The translations under genes and the position numbers were made by a program. From the NCBI RefSeq assembly GCF_006345805.1, contig NC_043006.1, positions 59,706,001-59,770,000 on the forward strand: a stretch of 64,000 nt of DNA. Direction: 5' to 3'. This document shows, one piece after another, positions 41,301 to 55,700 of the stretch. The notes under the pieces were generated by a model. That model worked only from the letters and a program-made list of their open reading frames with translations. It was not told the origin of the DNA and searched no databases. The first letter of the stretch is position 1, and every line of letters starts with the position of its first letter. The stretch is from Octopus sinensis. Its lineage: Eukaryota.

Positions 41301-44300
41301 ATAATTGATTGCTAACAAAGACCCAAGGTCACAAATATAGGAAGAAGGAGAGACCAGTCGGTTATACTAACCCTAGTACATGGCTACTCTACCAAACAAT
41401 ATAAGTGATAACTAATAGCAACTGGTAAAGAAAACTATTCTATCTATGATCCATTAAAAAAGTCAGTATTACATGTTGAGGAAAATGTCAAAGCATAGAG
41501 ATAATATAGAAATGGTTACCAGTGGACAATTGTGGAGAGAACTATTTTATCAAAACTGTATATGAATGGTAACCAATGGCAACTGGTGGAAATAACTACT
41601 AAGGCACAATATAGACAGTAGCCAAAGATAACTCATAGATACAAACGATTTAAAAATCGATATAAACAGTAGCCAAATGAGTGGCAGAAATATGCCAAGC
41701 AAAAACTTACCACAGTTCCATATAATTGTATTTTCATTGCTCCTGAAGGTTCTCGTGAAATCAACTGGAAAACAAGTAAGTAATGGATTATTGACACAGT
41801 AATAATGACAATGGAAAGGCATTGAAGAAATATCAACGGAGATAAAAACCAAGGACATGAAAGGTCAAAATTATGCTCCTGTAAAAAGGTCAATATTACA
41901 TATTAACAGAAATGTCAAAGCATACGGATGATTAATAAACTATTGGTGACTGGAAGTCATATATTCATCATCACCATTTAGCATCTCCTTTCTATGCTTG
42001 CATGGGTTAGATGACTTGACTAAAACTAGTAAGCTGGAGGGCTGCACCAGATTCCAATCTGATTTAGCATGGTTTCTATGGCTGGAAAAATCTACATATA
42101 TAAGTTCAGCAAAATTTAGATTCAGATGAATATGGTACTTAAAGGCACCAGAATTTTGTATGGTATTATCCATATAAATCAAATGGGGTGATTACAATAA
42201 AAATAAGCAACAAGTATATCCAAGGTAGAGTAGTACAATTGTTTCATTTGCCAAATGAAATAAGTATAAGAATGTGCATTGTCCGTTTAATTGAAAAATT
42301 CTATATGTGGCTGAAGATTGCTCCACATTTTAAAACTGATGTAATACTTACAGGGTTTAATAAAATGAAGGAGCACGAAACAATTGTACTACTCTACCTT
42401 GGATATCCTTGTTGCTTATTTTGATTATAATCACCCCATTTGATTTATATGGATAATACCATACAAAATTTTGGTGCCTTTAACTTAAGTACCATATTCA
42501 TCTGAATCTAAATTTTGCTGAACTTATATATATATATAGATATACTTGCATCAGATAGCCAAAAGGGAAGCTAGGAGACAGGTATATATAGCCAAGGAAG
42601 TAGCAGAAAAGAAGTTTGCCAATGTTCAACAACATGAGGACCAAAGAACTGAAGTATTTTGGATTGCAAGACAGTGTGTGAAAGAAAACCGTGATGTCAT
42701 AAGAGAGAAATGTGTCTGCATGGATGATGGTGCCCTTTCTGCAAAGAAAGAGGCTTGGAGATGCCATTATAAAAGACTGCTGAATGTGGTGAATGAATGG
42801 GAGAAGAGTCTGCCAAGGTTGACCCAACTGAGGGACCAGCTACCTGAATCGACAGTACCCTGGTCGATAAAACAAGTAAGGATATGAAAACAGGGAAAGT
42901 ACCTGACCCATCAGGAATCACTGCTGATATGCTTAAGATATCGGGTCTTGTCACCCGCCTCGTAAATCAGGTAGTTCATGGAGTCATACCCAATGACTGG
43001 TATAGCAGCACCATAGACAACTGCTATAAGGGTAAAGGTGATGCTTTAGATAGAAATAACTACAGGGAATCAAATTACTGGATCAGGTGATGAAAGTTAC
43101 AGAGAGGGTCATAGCCCAATTAGGGAAAGAGTTAGCCTAGATGAAATGCAGTTTGGTTTTGTGCCAGGCAGAAGAACCACTGCAGCTATATTTCTGGTAA
43201 GGCAACTGCAGGAGAAATATCTAGCCAAAGATAAACCTCTGTACTTGGCTTTTGTTGATTTAGAGAAAGCCTTTACCAGGATGCCCCAATCACTTATCGG
43301 GTGATCAATGCGGAAACTGGGGGATAGACGAGTGGTTGGTAAGAGCTGTACAAGCCCTGTACAGTGACGCTGTCAGTAAGGTGAGGGTTGGCAACAAGTA
43401 TAGTGAAGAACTCTGAGTGGAAGTAGGGGTTCACCAAGGATCAGTCCTCAGCACCCTCTTATTCATTATAGCCCTCCAGTCAACAAGAAGAATTCAAAAC
43501 AGGCTGCTCCTGGGAGCTCCTCTATGCTAATGACCTTGCTCTAATAACCGAGTCACTGCCAGAACTAGAGAAAATTTATGGTGTGGAAGCAAGGTCTAGA
43601 ATTGAAGGGCCTTAGGATTAACCTAGCAAGAGCCAAAGTCTTAGTAAGTAGGAAGGCAGTCAAATCACAAACCCCTTCAGGTAGAAAAGGGATGGGTAGA
43701 AACTCCATACAATGCACCATTATAAGCTATGGACACATAAGAGGTACAGCAATATCAAAGGAAAGATAACCGAAAAAATTGTATTTGTGTGTGGCAGATG
43801 CATAGGGGCAATAAGCACTGACGATGTACAGAAAACAGATTCCATCACATGTCAGGGGAGAAACTAGAGGTAATTAATAGCTTCTGCTACCTAGGTGACC
43901 AAGTCTGTAGTGGGGTGGTTGCTCAGAGTGTAGCGGCTAGAATAAGAATAGCCTGGGCAAAGTTCACGGCTGTATGGTACACCAGTTTTGCATTACCAGC
44001 CCCAGTCCATTCAAAAGTACATTGGACCATAGGATAACCTGCTGTGCTTACATTGGATCGTAGGGCGACTTGCTGTGCTTGAGGAGACCTATTGAGTCAA
44101 GTACACCAACATCAAAATAAAAATCAAATGGAAATTGTAGCTGTGATGCCTGTGCTGGAGGCATGTAAAAAGTGCCAACCGATCGTGGCCGTTGCCAGGC
44201 TCCTCTGGCCCATGCCGGTGGCACGTAAAAAGCATGCACTACACTCACGGAGTGGTTGGTGTTAGGAAGGGCATCCAGCTGTAGAAACACTGCCAGATCA

Positions 44301-47300
44301 GACTGGAGCCTGTTGCAGCCTCCTGGCTTCCCAGACCCCGGTCGAACTGTCCAACCCATGCTAGCATGGAAAACAGACGTTAAACGATGATGATGATGAA
44401 ATATATATATATTATATAGATATATAGCTACGAAGACTAGATCATCAACATATAGAAGTTCCCATGGATAGCCAGTCTCAAATTCTACAGTGATAGCTTG
44501 GATTGATATCATTAAAAGGTTTTCTGAATCAGAACTAACCTCAAGTTAAACAGTTGTAGCAGTAGCAAGAACTGTGTTCAACTCATCATGTGAGGACTAC
44601 CAGCAGAGTTGGATTGGATAATATCGATCAGCTATTAATGGATGTCACTGATTACGACAAGTAACTCATTGAATTAAGAAATGGATTAATTACAATCAAC
44701 TACAGCAAAATGGAAAACAAAACTTCAGTTTCCATCAACCAAATCCACTCACAAGTCTTTGGTTGTCCCAGATCCATGAAAGACCCTTGCCCAAGGGTGA
44801 CTGAACGCAAAACCACAAGATTAGAAAAATGCAGCAAGAGATTATGAGAGATCATGCTGAGACTGTTAGACAGCTGCCAAATTCAAAAGAGTAGAAACAG
44901 AGTCATCATCATTATCACCATTTAACATCCGTTGTCCATGCTGGCATGGGTTGGATGGTTTCAAACAAAACCTGAATCTATAAACCATTGAGTAGATGAC
45001 AGCGCTGACTTGTCCCTCAATTAAATCAATGACTCCATTTCTCTAAATTCAAGTAATAAGCTTTAGCCATTAAATCTATATATATAAAACTGTAGTTGTG
45101 TGAGTGTCTGTCCTCTTCGATTTAGATTCCTAACTACTCCCACATTTTGCGGTGCAGTTTAACCAAATTCGGGTATCTTATAGTCGTGATTCATATCGAG
45201 CACGTCTGAGTATTAGCGCGCGTCTACGATGAGTCTACGATTTAAAAAATAATTTAACATCATTTTTTATTCCATTTTAATGCATAATTTTTCGTGTGTC
45301 AATGGCAGCGGAGTTGGCGTCCATGGTCACACCTGCACCTGTTTGCTTCTCCCCCTTCTTCCCTCCCTCGTGAAGCTGTGGGGAAGGGAGTGTAAGGAAA
45401 TCAACGTCGTAAAGCGTTATCAAGGAGACCAGCGTTCTTTTAGAACAACGACTTCATGGCTTGAAGACATCAAAACAGAAATGGCTAAGAAAGCCCAAAT
45501 TGGCATCTATAAGGGAAGTAACTCTCTAAAAATGCTTATATAGTTATTTCCCTTACAAACCCGAGCAACGCTGGGCGATACTGCTAGTATTAAATATAAC
45601 AATTCTTTCTTTTTTTACCTGTACAGTGTGTGTCTTGCCGTTGATGTTGGCTGTGATTCTAGGCTGTGACAAGGTGAATTCATCAGGAATGGTAGCAGTG
45701 TGGTTGTTTACAGTCACCTACAAGAAATAAGGAAACAAAGATGAAAGCGAACGTGAACAGGGAGAGAGAGCAAGAAAGAGACAGATAAGGTGATATGTCA
45801 TTACTTACTTGATACTGTCTTAAAAGTGGAAAGTGAGTGACATCCGCCTTTATAGAATCTTCTCCTAATTTTACCACAAGAGACCAACTGCAAGGGGTTT
45901 CATCGACTGAACTACAAAATGAAACCATTGAATTAATTGAGGTAAAAGAAAGGTTAAACATCGTAACCATCAGCATCGTTGTCTTATGTTTTCCATGCTG
46001 GCATGGGATGATGGAATCACTCAGTCCAAGACAGCTCTTATTAACTGTTGGTTGGATGCCCTTCCTTACGCCAACCACTTTACAGAAGGTACTGGGTGCT
46101 CTTTATGGTGGAAGCCCCTCAAGTAAAGAGTCTATTTTGCAGAATATTGGCAGCTCCAAACAGTATTGATTTTTATAAGGTTACAATATTACATGTTATA
46201 TTAAGCTCTTTAATGAATGTTGCTAACTTGTTAAATTGATATTGTTTTTTAACATAAGCAGAAGACTCACATATACAAGGATGAAACTAATATCAACCCC
46301 AGTATCTGATTGGCATTTTATTTCACTAATCCCTAACTTTGGCAGGATGAAGTTGACTCCTATAGGACATCATCATCATCATCATCATTTAACGTCCGCT
46401 TTCCATGCTAGCATGGGTTGGATGATTTGACTGAGGTCTGGCGAACAAGACTCCAATCTGATCTGGCAGAGTTTCTACAGCTGGATGCCCTTCCTAATGC
46501 CAACCACTCCGAGAGTGTAGTGGGTGCTTTTACGTGCCACCAGCACAAGGGCCAGTTTGGTGGTACTGGCAACAGCCACACAAAAATGGTGCTTTTTACG
46601 TGCCACCTGCACAGGAGCCAGTCCAGCGGCACTGGCAACGACCTCGCATGGATATTTCACATGAATTCAAAAAATATATAATTCATCGCTATAATAATTT
46701 AAAGAATTGGTAGTGACAACAAATATTTTACTTACACATTTTGATTGGAGATAGCCCAAGATTTTAGCTCAGCTTTAGCATAGAGAACACTGGCTATGGA
46801 AGCTAGCTCAGACACTTCACCAGCTGATAGCTCTTTGCCTGTAATCAACAGTAATTAAATAGTATTACAGAGAGTCATAACTGGCAAAAATAGCTTTAAC
46901 TAGAAGCGAAGTATTTTATGTAAATCTGAGATCTCTGTCCAGTTTACATCTAAAAATTTCACACATAATACTTTGCTTGACTTGAAGCTATGACTGAAGA
47001 TACTAGCCCAACATACCACAAACTTGATCAAAGCTAACACTAAATAATTACAAAGCAAACTTCTTAACTACACAGCCACATCTGCACCCATATCTGCATT
47101 GTAGGGACTTCAGTGAAGACTTCAGTGTATATATCTGGGGGACAAATTAGTTTGGTATAGTTCACTTTACACCAGGCACTACCTACAGAAGTAGTTCACT
47201 TCAGCATCATAACCTAGAGTAAACTTCACTTCCTCCGGTACCTACTCAGATCAAGATAGACTGAGCTAGTAATGGCTAAGTGTCTTGGTCATGAACACAG

Positions 47301-49632
47301 TATAGTGAACAATACTACATTGTAGTACCAACTTACAGGACTGGACTGTCTATTGTTAAGTACTTCAATTTTAATCACAAAACTGAACTCTATACTGTGG
47401 TACTTACAGCTAAGTAGACTGGCTTGTTAACAGTTAAGTGTCTTAGCCATGGACACAATAAAGAGACAGTTAAATTGCTTGGTTATGGACACAGTGCAGA
47501 GAAGTGTAACATATTGTGGTACTTACTTAAAGCTAGGTAAACTAGTTCAGGGTCTTGGTCATGGACACAGTACAGATGAATTATACTACAGAGTAGTTCC
47601 TTACAGCTAGAAAACTGGGTTAATGGCAGCTAGATGTCTTGGCCATAGACATTCTATAACACAGTTAACAGGGAGCTATTATTAACCCTCTAGTTGGATA
47701 GCCAAAAAGGAATTTACAATGTTAGTTTAAAAGAACAAATATATTTGAAAAGATCCTTACCCAAGAATCCCTCCGGATATGTCTGCATTAAATAATCAGT
47801 TGTCAGGTCTCCAGCCACAAATTTAGATTCAGTCAGAATATCCCTAAGAAGAGGGATATTATGGGCTACACCTGAAATTATACCAACACAAACTTTTTTC
47901 AACAACAACAAAGGAAATATTCCACCAACAAAAATTCTGTATAAAAAGATAAAAGAAAAACCATCCAGTAAGGGTACAGCTAAGTAGTTTCTCAAAATGC
48001 TAGAAACAGCAGTCACTTCTCCTTGAAATCATACCTTACTGCCTCAACAACCTCTAAGGTTTTGTCATCATCATCATTTAACATTTGTGTTCCATACTAG
48101 CATGGATTGGATGGTTCAACAAGATTTGACTACCTAGAGAGCTGCGTTGAGTTCTGTCTGCTTTGGTGAGGCTTCTATGGCTGGGTGCTTCCCCTGACAA
48201 CAACCACTTTACAAAGTGTGGTGTACTTCAATTTACCAAAAAACCTGGACAAGTTTCTTTTGGCAAGTTGGAGAACACCACTCTCTGAATTGAGCAATTG
48301 TATCGCAAACTTTAGACCCCTTCAGTTAATTCTACATCAAATAGCTTTATGACTTTATGGTCGAAGGGGACATAACTTCTTTTTTTCCTTTCTTTTTCTG
48401 CATTTTGCATCCACCTTTCTCTTGTTTTTTTTCTCATGATTTCTCATTTCTCTTGTTCTGATTTGTCCTGATATGTAACTTATACAGGCCATGAGCTCAG
48501 AGCCAGAAGATTGCTTGCAGATACTATGCTTGTTATAAAAACCTGCCTAGACAATATCTCCAATGCACGAGATGTTAGGCACAAGTATTGCTGTGTGGTT
48601 TGAGAAGTTTGCGTCCCAATCATATGGCTTTTAGTTCAGTCCTACTGCGTGGCACCTTCAACAAGTGTCTTCAACTATAGGCCTGGGCCAACCAAATGCT
48701 TGTGCTTGGACTTGCTGGAAACTGAAAGAAGCCTTTTGTGTGTGTGTGTGTGCACACATGTGCATGTGTATATATACACATAGACATACACATACATGTA
48801 TGCATGTACCTGTATGTGTGTGCGTGTGTGTGTCTCTTTGTCCTGACAATACATGGTGGTTGTCAATAAGTGTCACTACCACACAAAAGTGTCATTTGCT
48901 TCCAATATTATACAAGAAAATGTCTGGCCATAGAAAATCTGTCTCCACAAAATCCATCCAACCCATGCAAGCATGGAAAAATGAAATTTTAATGACGGTG
49001 GTATTTTTTTTTTTCTTAAGTTAACACTTTCAAAGATAGCTATAGTTTCATAACATATAATGTACCACGTATAATGTACTTATGCATATAACGTATAATA
49101 TTTTAAATGGGCTGATAAAGTGTTACTGTTTTGGCAGAGGCCACATGGAAAGAGACAGAAAGGGATGGCGGATAGGAGAGAGAGAGAGATTAAAATGCAT
49201 TGAAAAGTAAATAGGTAAATTATGCAGTTATCTCCCTTTAAATGACACCCAAATATACGGACTGCATAAAGATTTATGGGTAGTTAACAAAAAGATTAAA
49301 ATATTGTTATTTTTAAAATATATCTGCATTTATTCTTTTTTTTTTATAGGCGACCTCTACACGTATTTCATGTTTACAATTCATACTGAACTAGAACAAA
49401 TCAGTCAATAGCTATACTCTCTTTACTCTCTCATTTACTTGTTTCAGTCATTTGACTGTGGCCATGCTGGAGCACCGCCTTTAGTCGGGCAAATCGACCC
49501 CCAGGACTTATTCTTTGTAAGCCTAGTACTTATTCTATCGGGCTCTTTTGCCGAACCGCTAAGTTACGGGGACGTAAATACACCACCTTCGGTTGTCAAG
49601 CGAAGTTGGGGGGACAAACACAGACACAAACG

Positions 49633-49684
<52 letters not shown>

Positions 49685-49747
49685 CAAGATAAGAAAATGG
49701 AGAGGAGGGTTGCATTTACAACCCCTATCTCAATTTGTATATATATA

Positions 49748-49778
<31 letters not shown>

Positions 49779-52700
49779 CGACAGGCTTCTTTCAGTTTCC
49801 GTTTACCAAATCCACTCACAAGGCTTTGGTCGGCCCGAGGCTATAGTAGAAGACACTTGCTCAATGTGCCACACAGTGGGAATGAACCCGGAACCATATG
49901 GTTGGTAAGCAAGCTACTAACCATACAGCCACTCCTGCGCCTATGTAGAATAGAAATTCTTTTTGGTGCCTTAACATCCTACACAAAACAGGATTCACAC
50001 AGAATTCAATGCAACAAACTTTCCTAACTTATATAAGTGGCCATATATAATACAGTGTGTACATTGTGCAATGCATATGGTACATCATGTTAGTTCATCA
50101 TCATCGTTTAGCATCAAACTGGCATGGGTTGGATGGTTCAACTGGGGTCTGGGAAGCCAGAAGGCTGCACCAGGCCCAGTCTGATCTGGCAGTGTTTCTA
50201 CGGCTGGATGTCCTTCCTAACGCCAACCACTCCATGAGTGTAGTGGGTGCTTTTTATGAGCCACCGGCACAGGTGCCAGACGAGGCTGGCAAACGGCCAC
50301 GATCGGATGGTGCTTTTTACGTGCCACCGGCACGAGGGCCAGTTGGGGCGGCGCTGGCAATGGCCACGTTCGGATGGTTTTCTTATTAGTTATAAATGTA
50401 TTATACTCTTCTACTGGTTTTAGTCTCAAAGTACTGCGACCTTTGACAGTTTTAGTCAATTACATCAATCACAGTGATTAATGATTAACTTTCATTTGTA
50501 TCACTCACTGAACTGCATCTATGCTGGCATGGCGCACTGTCTTGAAGAGTTTTGTCAAAAAAATCAATTCCAATATTTGATTTTAAGCCTGATTCTTATC
50601 CTATTGGCCTCTTTTGCCGAACTGCTAGGTTACAGGGACGTAAACAAACCAACACAAAGATAAAGGCACACACACACAACAGGCTTCTATCTACAAAATC
50701 TACAAACAAGGCAATGGCTGGCCAGGGGTTGTAGCAGAAGATACTTGGTCCCCAAAGTGCCACGCAGTGGGGTTGAACCCAAATCCATATGGTTGGGAAG
50801 CAAACTTCTTAACCACACAATCATGCCTGTGCCTATGGAGCATTAGGAACATCATCCTTGCTTCATGGAGTTACTTCCCCTTATGAATTAAATCCAGCAT
50901 ATGAACATAAGGCAATCTATCCTCATCTAGTTGAGCTTGCTGCACACGCCATCCACATTGGTCCTGCATTAATTGAGAGAAATCTTCAGGGAAGCATCCA
51001 GTGTTTCTGGTGAGTTGATCTACATAGGTTGTATTCAGACGACCAGCTCGAGTACGGCCATAGCAGTAAGTCACTTGTCAACTCTAGTTTAGCTTGCCAG
51101 CAATGTCCCTCTAAGCATAAATGCCTTTCCCTTACAGTGTTAGAAACGGGCAGATCTCCACACACCCGTTTTGTAGTGGGATAAGTTCTCCATGATTTAA
51201 GATTGCTGTTAATATTTGGGTGCAAGTTCCTTCGTGCTTGGATTCAAGTCTTTTGGTAAACGTCCAGGGTGTTGCTCCCTATAAAAGGACTGACTATTGT
51301 TGCATAGAAAAAATTCTTCTTAAAATTGTGTGACAGATTTGATTTCCAGACAACATCCAGTTTGCTTAGAGACAGCTATGCTTTCGCTGTCCAAGGTTTT
51401 ACATCCTTTTCAGTTTGGACTATCACTGAGCTGAGGTACATGAAATAATCAACTTAAGTCATAGGGTCTCCACTGATGCTGATGATGGATCCTTGTTTGT
51501 GAGCAATGAGTTTGGTTTTACTAGGATTAACAAGCAATCTAACATCATATGCAGCTAAGCTTAATTGGGTGGAGTTTGATATTGTGTTAGAGAGCAAAGC
51601 TAAATCATCAGCATAATCTACATTAGTTATTTTTTGAGCTGAATATTTGATTGTTCTTCTATTCATGAGTATGAAACTGAGGCTATTTAGATTGGATTAT
51701 TTCCTCAGAACATCACTTGATAGAGAGATCACAAACAGAAAAAATGCTAATATATCCCCTCAGAGTACTTCAGCTCTGATATCAATCTAAGGGCAATGTA
51801 AGCTCACCTAATATTTATGGTATAACATCTTAATGCTGTTCCAGGCTGTTAGGCCATATATGGTAAAACTAGACATTTTCAGGTTAGAATATGAAGATAT
51901 TGTGAGAAACAAACTATATAAACCAAGCAAAGGAAACAAACTGTTAGACGTACCTTTAATTACATAAGCATCTAAAGCCTGAATCATCTGTTCTCGGGCT
52001 TCTTCCCGAGAATTACCATAGGTTACAAGCTTGAAAACAAAACGTTCATAATTAAATATCTGTCTGACCATGAGTAAATACGAGGGAATTTATGGATACA
52101 TAAACAAGCCGATGCATTATACATACATGCCATGCATTTATCACACACACACAAATATACAAATGCATGCATTTTCATATATGGGCCATACCATAACCTT
52201 CTCAGATCTGGGCCCCTGTGTCTAATTTTACCCTCCACCTGAGCTCTTGAGAAAAACAGTGCATATGTGGCATGGGCACAAGCGCATTTTACGTGGCACT
52301 GACCCCTGCAAAGAACAAGCTTGTATGTATGGATGACCACGATTTTACCTTAGCTTGACACATCTCAAATACAGCAAATCCCGACAATTCCCGATCCCTT
52401 GTCATTTTCTCAGTGAGGGCCCAGTGTCTGAAGCTCCTAACATACGAAACAAGACAAGGTCTATTATTTAACTACAAATACTTTTTTTTTTATCTTCATT
52501 AGGTTTTTCTCTAACACACCACCATTACATCAACCATTACAACCCTACCACTATCACATTTCCACACTAATAACCACTGCCACAACAGTCAACACTACCA
52601 TAAAAACCACTGCAACCCCTAATATATTTTCATTTTTCACACCATGTTGGTTGACTCTGCAAAGAAACGTGATCAAAACATTCCAGTTATGGCCATCATC

Positions 52701-55700
52701 ATCTATTTTCAGGCACAGCACATTATCCAGATACTACATTATCCAGTATTCTTTTCTTCTTTAAGAACCTTGGGAGAGGGGGCCAGTCGATCAGCTTGAC
52801 CCCAGTACACAACTGGTACTTAATTCATTGACCCCGAAAGGATGAAAGGAAAAGTTGACTTCGGCTGAATTTGAACTCAGAATGTAGCGGCAGACGAAAT
52901 ACCTATTTCTTTACTACCAAGGGGCTAAACACAGATGGGACAAATAAGGACAGACAAATGGATTAAGTCGATTACATCGACCCCAGTGCGTAACTGGTAC
53001 TTAATTTATCGACCCCGAAAGGATGAAAGGCAAAGTCAACCTCGGCGGAATTTGAACTCAAAATGCAATGGCGGACGAAATACCACAAAGCATTTCACCC
53101 GGCGTGCTAACATTTCTGCCAGTTCGTCACCAAACAAAATACCGCTAAGCATTTTGCCTGGCATGCTAACGTTTCTGCCAGCTCGCCACCTTAACATTAT
53201 CCAGTATTACTTTACACAAGATAGTGCAACAGAGTGAGGGGTGTATTGGCTGCTATTTCATGAAGGTTGCAAAACAATGTAAAAGGCTTTCTTCGTTGGC
53301 TCAATTCCTGTAAACTGTTATTGCTGTTTAGTCCTTGGTCACATTCTTAATTTGACCTACGACTAAAATCTTGAAGTTGTGACTATTCCATCTTTTCTTT
53401 TCTCAGGCAAGCTAACCTAGAAGCATTCTAATGTGTCTAACATTACTAGAGTACAGATTAAGAGAAAGCTGTGAACTGTAAATAAACTGGCCTCACCTTG
53501 CAGATCATGGGATCATAGTAAATACTGATCTCACTACCTTCCATAATGCCACTGTCGCATCGTACCTGAAATATATGTAAGGCAGGACAAGAAATATAAT
53601 TTATATCAAATCAGTCAGGTAACCTGAAAATGAAATATGGGAGAGAAATAAATGTAAGCATGGCGGTCTGGTTAAGAAGCTTGCTTCACCATCATGTTGT
53701 TTCAGATTCAGTCCCACTTGGACAAGTGTCTTCAACTATAGTTCCATACTGACCAAAGCTTTGCAAATGAATTTAATAAATGGGAACTGAAGGAAGCACA
53801 TAATACATGTGCTTATGTCTATGTGTGTGTTGTGAGTGAGTGTGTGTATGTATGTATGTTTGCATATATGCATGCATGTGAGTGCGTTTGCATGTGTATA
53901 CATATGATGTATGCATGTATGTGTGCATGCACGCATGTGTATATGCATGTTGGTGTCTCCTAGTTTAGAGACATGCAATAGTTGTAAATGAGTATAACCA
54001 TCACACAAGTGGTGTTGTTCATATTTTCCATGGAAATATCTGGCCATAGGGAAACATTACCTTTTTTGGAAACAGGTGAGGGTTGGGCAACAGGAAGGGC
54101 ATCCAACTGCAGAAAATCTACCTCAATGAATTCCATCTACTTCTGTGGGATGACGTCAGCAGCTGGGAAGCTGACCGGAACTTGGGGCTGACCAGAAGAG
54201 GAAGGGGCAGGAATGACACACACGCAGGCAGGGGAGCATTGGGCCTTTTTAGATCAGGGTAGCTGACAGAGTTGGACGTGTGAGCGCTTTGTCAAGGTAG
54301 GGGAAAAGCAGCTGCTATTTTTAGCATTCGGGTCGGGCCACATGGAAGGGTTCGTTACCGCTGGAGAGGTCTGCGTCGACGAAGAGAAGGTAGGTGTCCT
54401 TATTTCAAATCTCCCACATACACCAACAACTTCATGCAAACATGAAAAGTTAAACATTAAAACAATGGTGATGATGACTGAGAAGTAATGCATCAAACTT
54501 ACTTGTGGTATATGAAGAGGTTCAATGTACTTGGAAAGACGACCAATGGAGGGCATACCAAAGTTTTTAAAAGGGTCCTTAAATAGAAACAGAAATGCAT
54601 TGTTAAAACTAAGTGTTTAAAAATAAAACAATCTTCAATATATAGGTGTAAGAGTGGCTGTGTGGTAAGTACCTTGCTTACAAAGCACATGGTTCCAGGT
54701 TCAGTCCCACTGCGTGGCATCTTGGGCAAGTATCTTCTACTATAGCCTCGGGCCGACCAAAGCCTAGTGAGTGGATTTGGTAGACAGAAACTGAAAGAAG
54801 CCCCTCGTATATACATATATACATATATATATATATATGTATGTGTATGAGTGTATGTTTATGTGTCTGTGTTTGTCCCCCCAACCGATGCTGGTGTGTT
54901 TACATCCCCGTAACTTAGCAGTTCGGCAAAAGAGACCGATGGAATAAGTACTAGGTTTACAAAGCCTGGGGGCGATTTGCTCGACTAAAAGGTGGTGCTC
55001 CAGCATGGCCACAGTCAAATGACTGAAACAAGTAAAAGAGTATATAGAACAATGTTTACTTTGTCCCTCATATTTAATTCAAATGGAATCAGAATTAGCT
55101 TTACCTTTCAACCCTCCGGGATTAATAAAATCAGTACCGGTCAAATACTGAGGTTAATTCCCAAAATTGGTCAAGGACTTGCAATTTATACAGAGTAACT
55201 TTACATTAAGGAGTGGAACATACAATTACTTGTGATTCTGACTACCCCTTGGTTCCAGCAGACAAAACAGGAAAGGTGTTGTACCAGAGGATAGCAAAGG
55301 GAAATGTGCTGGAACAGCCAACCTGACTCACAGGGTTTGCACTTGTGAAAATTGATAGCTAAATAAGCATGGCTCTTTTAATACAATCAAGGGTGAGCTT
55401 TGGTTTTAAGTACTTGTAACTGCGGGATTGAAAGTGAAAGTAAACCAATCTGGGGAAAGTATAAAAATATAGACTTGGGAATCCTGAATAAGTGAAAGAA
55501 ACATGTAAATGCATGAAGGTCACTTATTACATGTCATTATAATAGATTTCTTGTCTTATTGCTGATGCAGGTGTGGGCTGTGGTAAAGTAGTTTGCTTTC
55601 CAACTACATAGTTTCAGGTTCAGTATCACTGCATGGCACCTTGGAAAAAGTGTTTTTTTTTTTTTTTCTACAACCCTGGGCCAACCAAACCCTTATGAAT

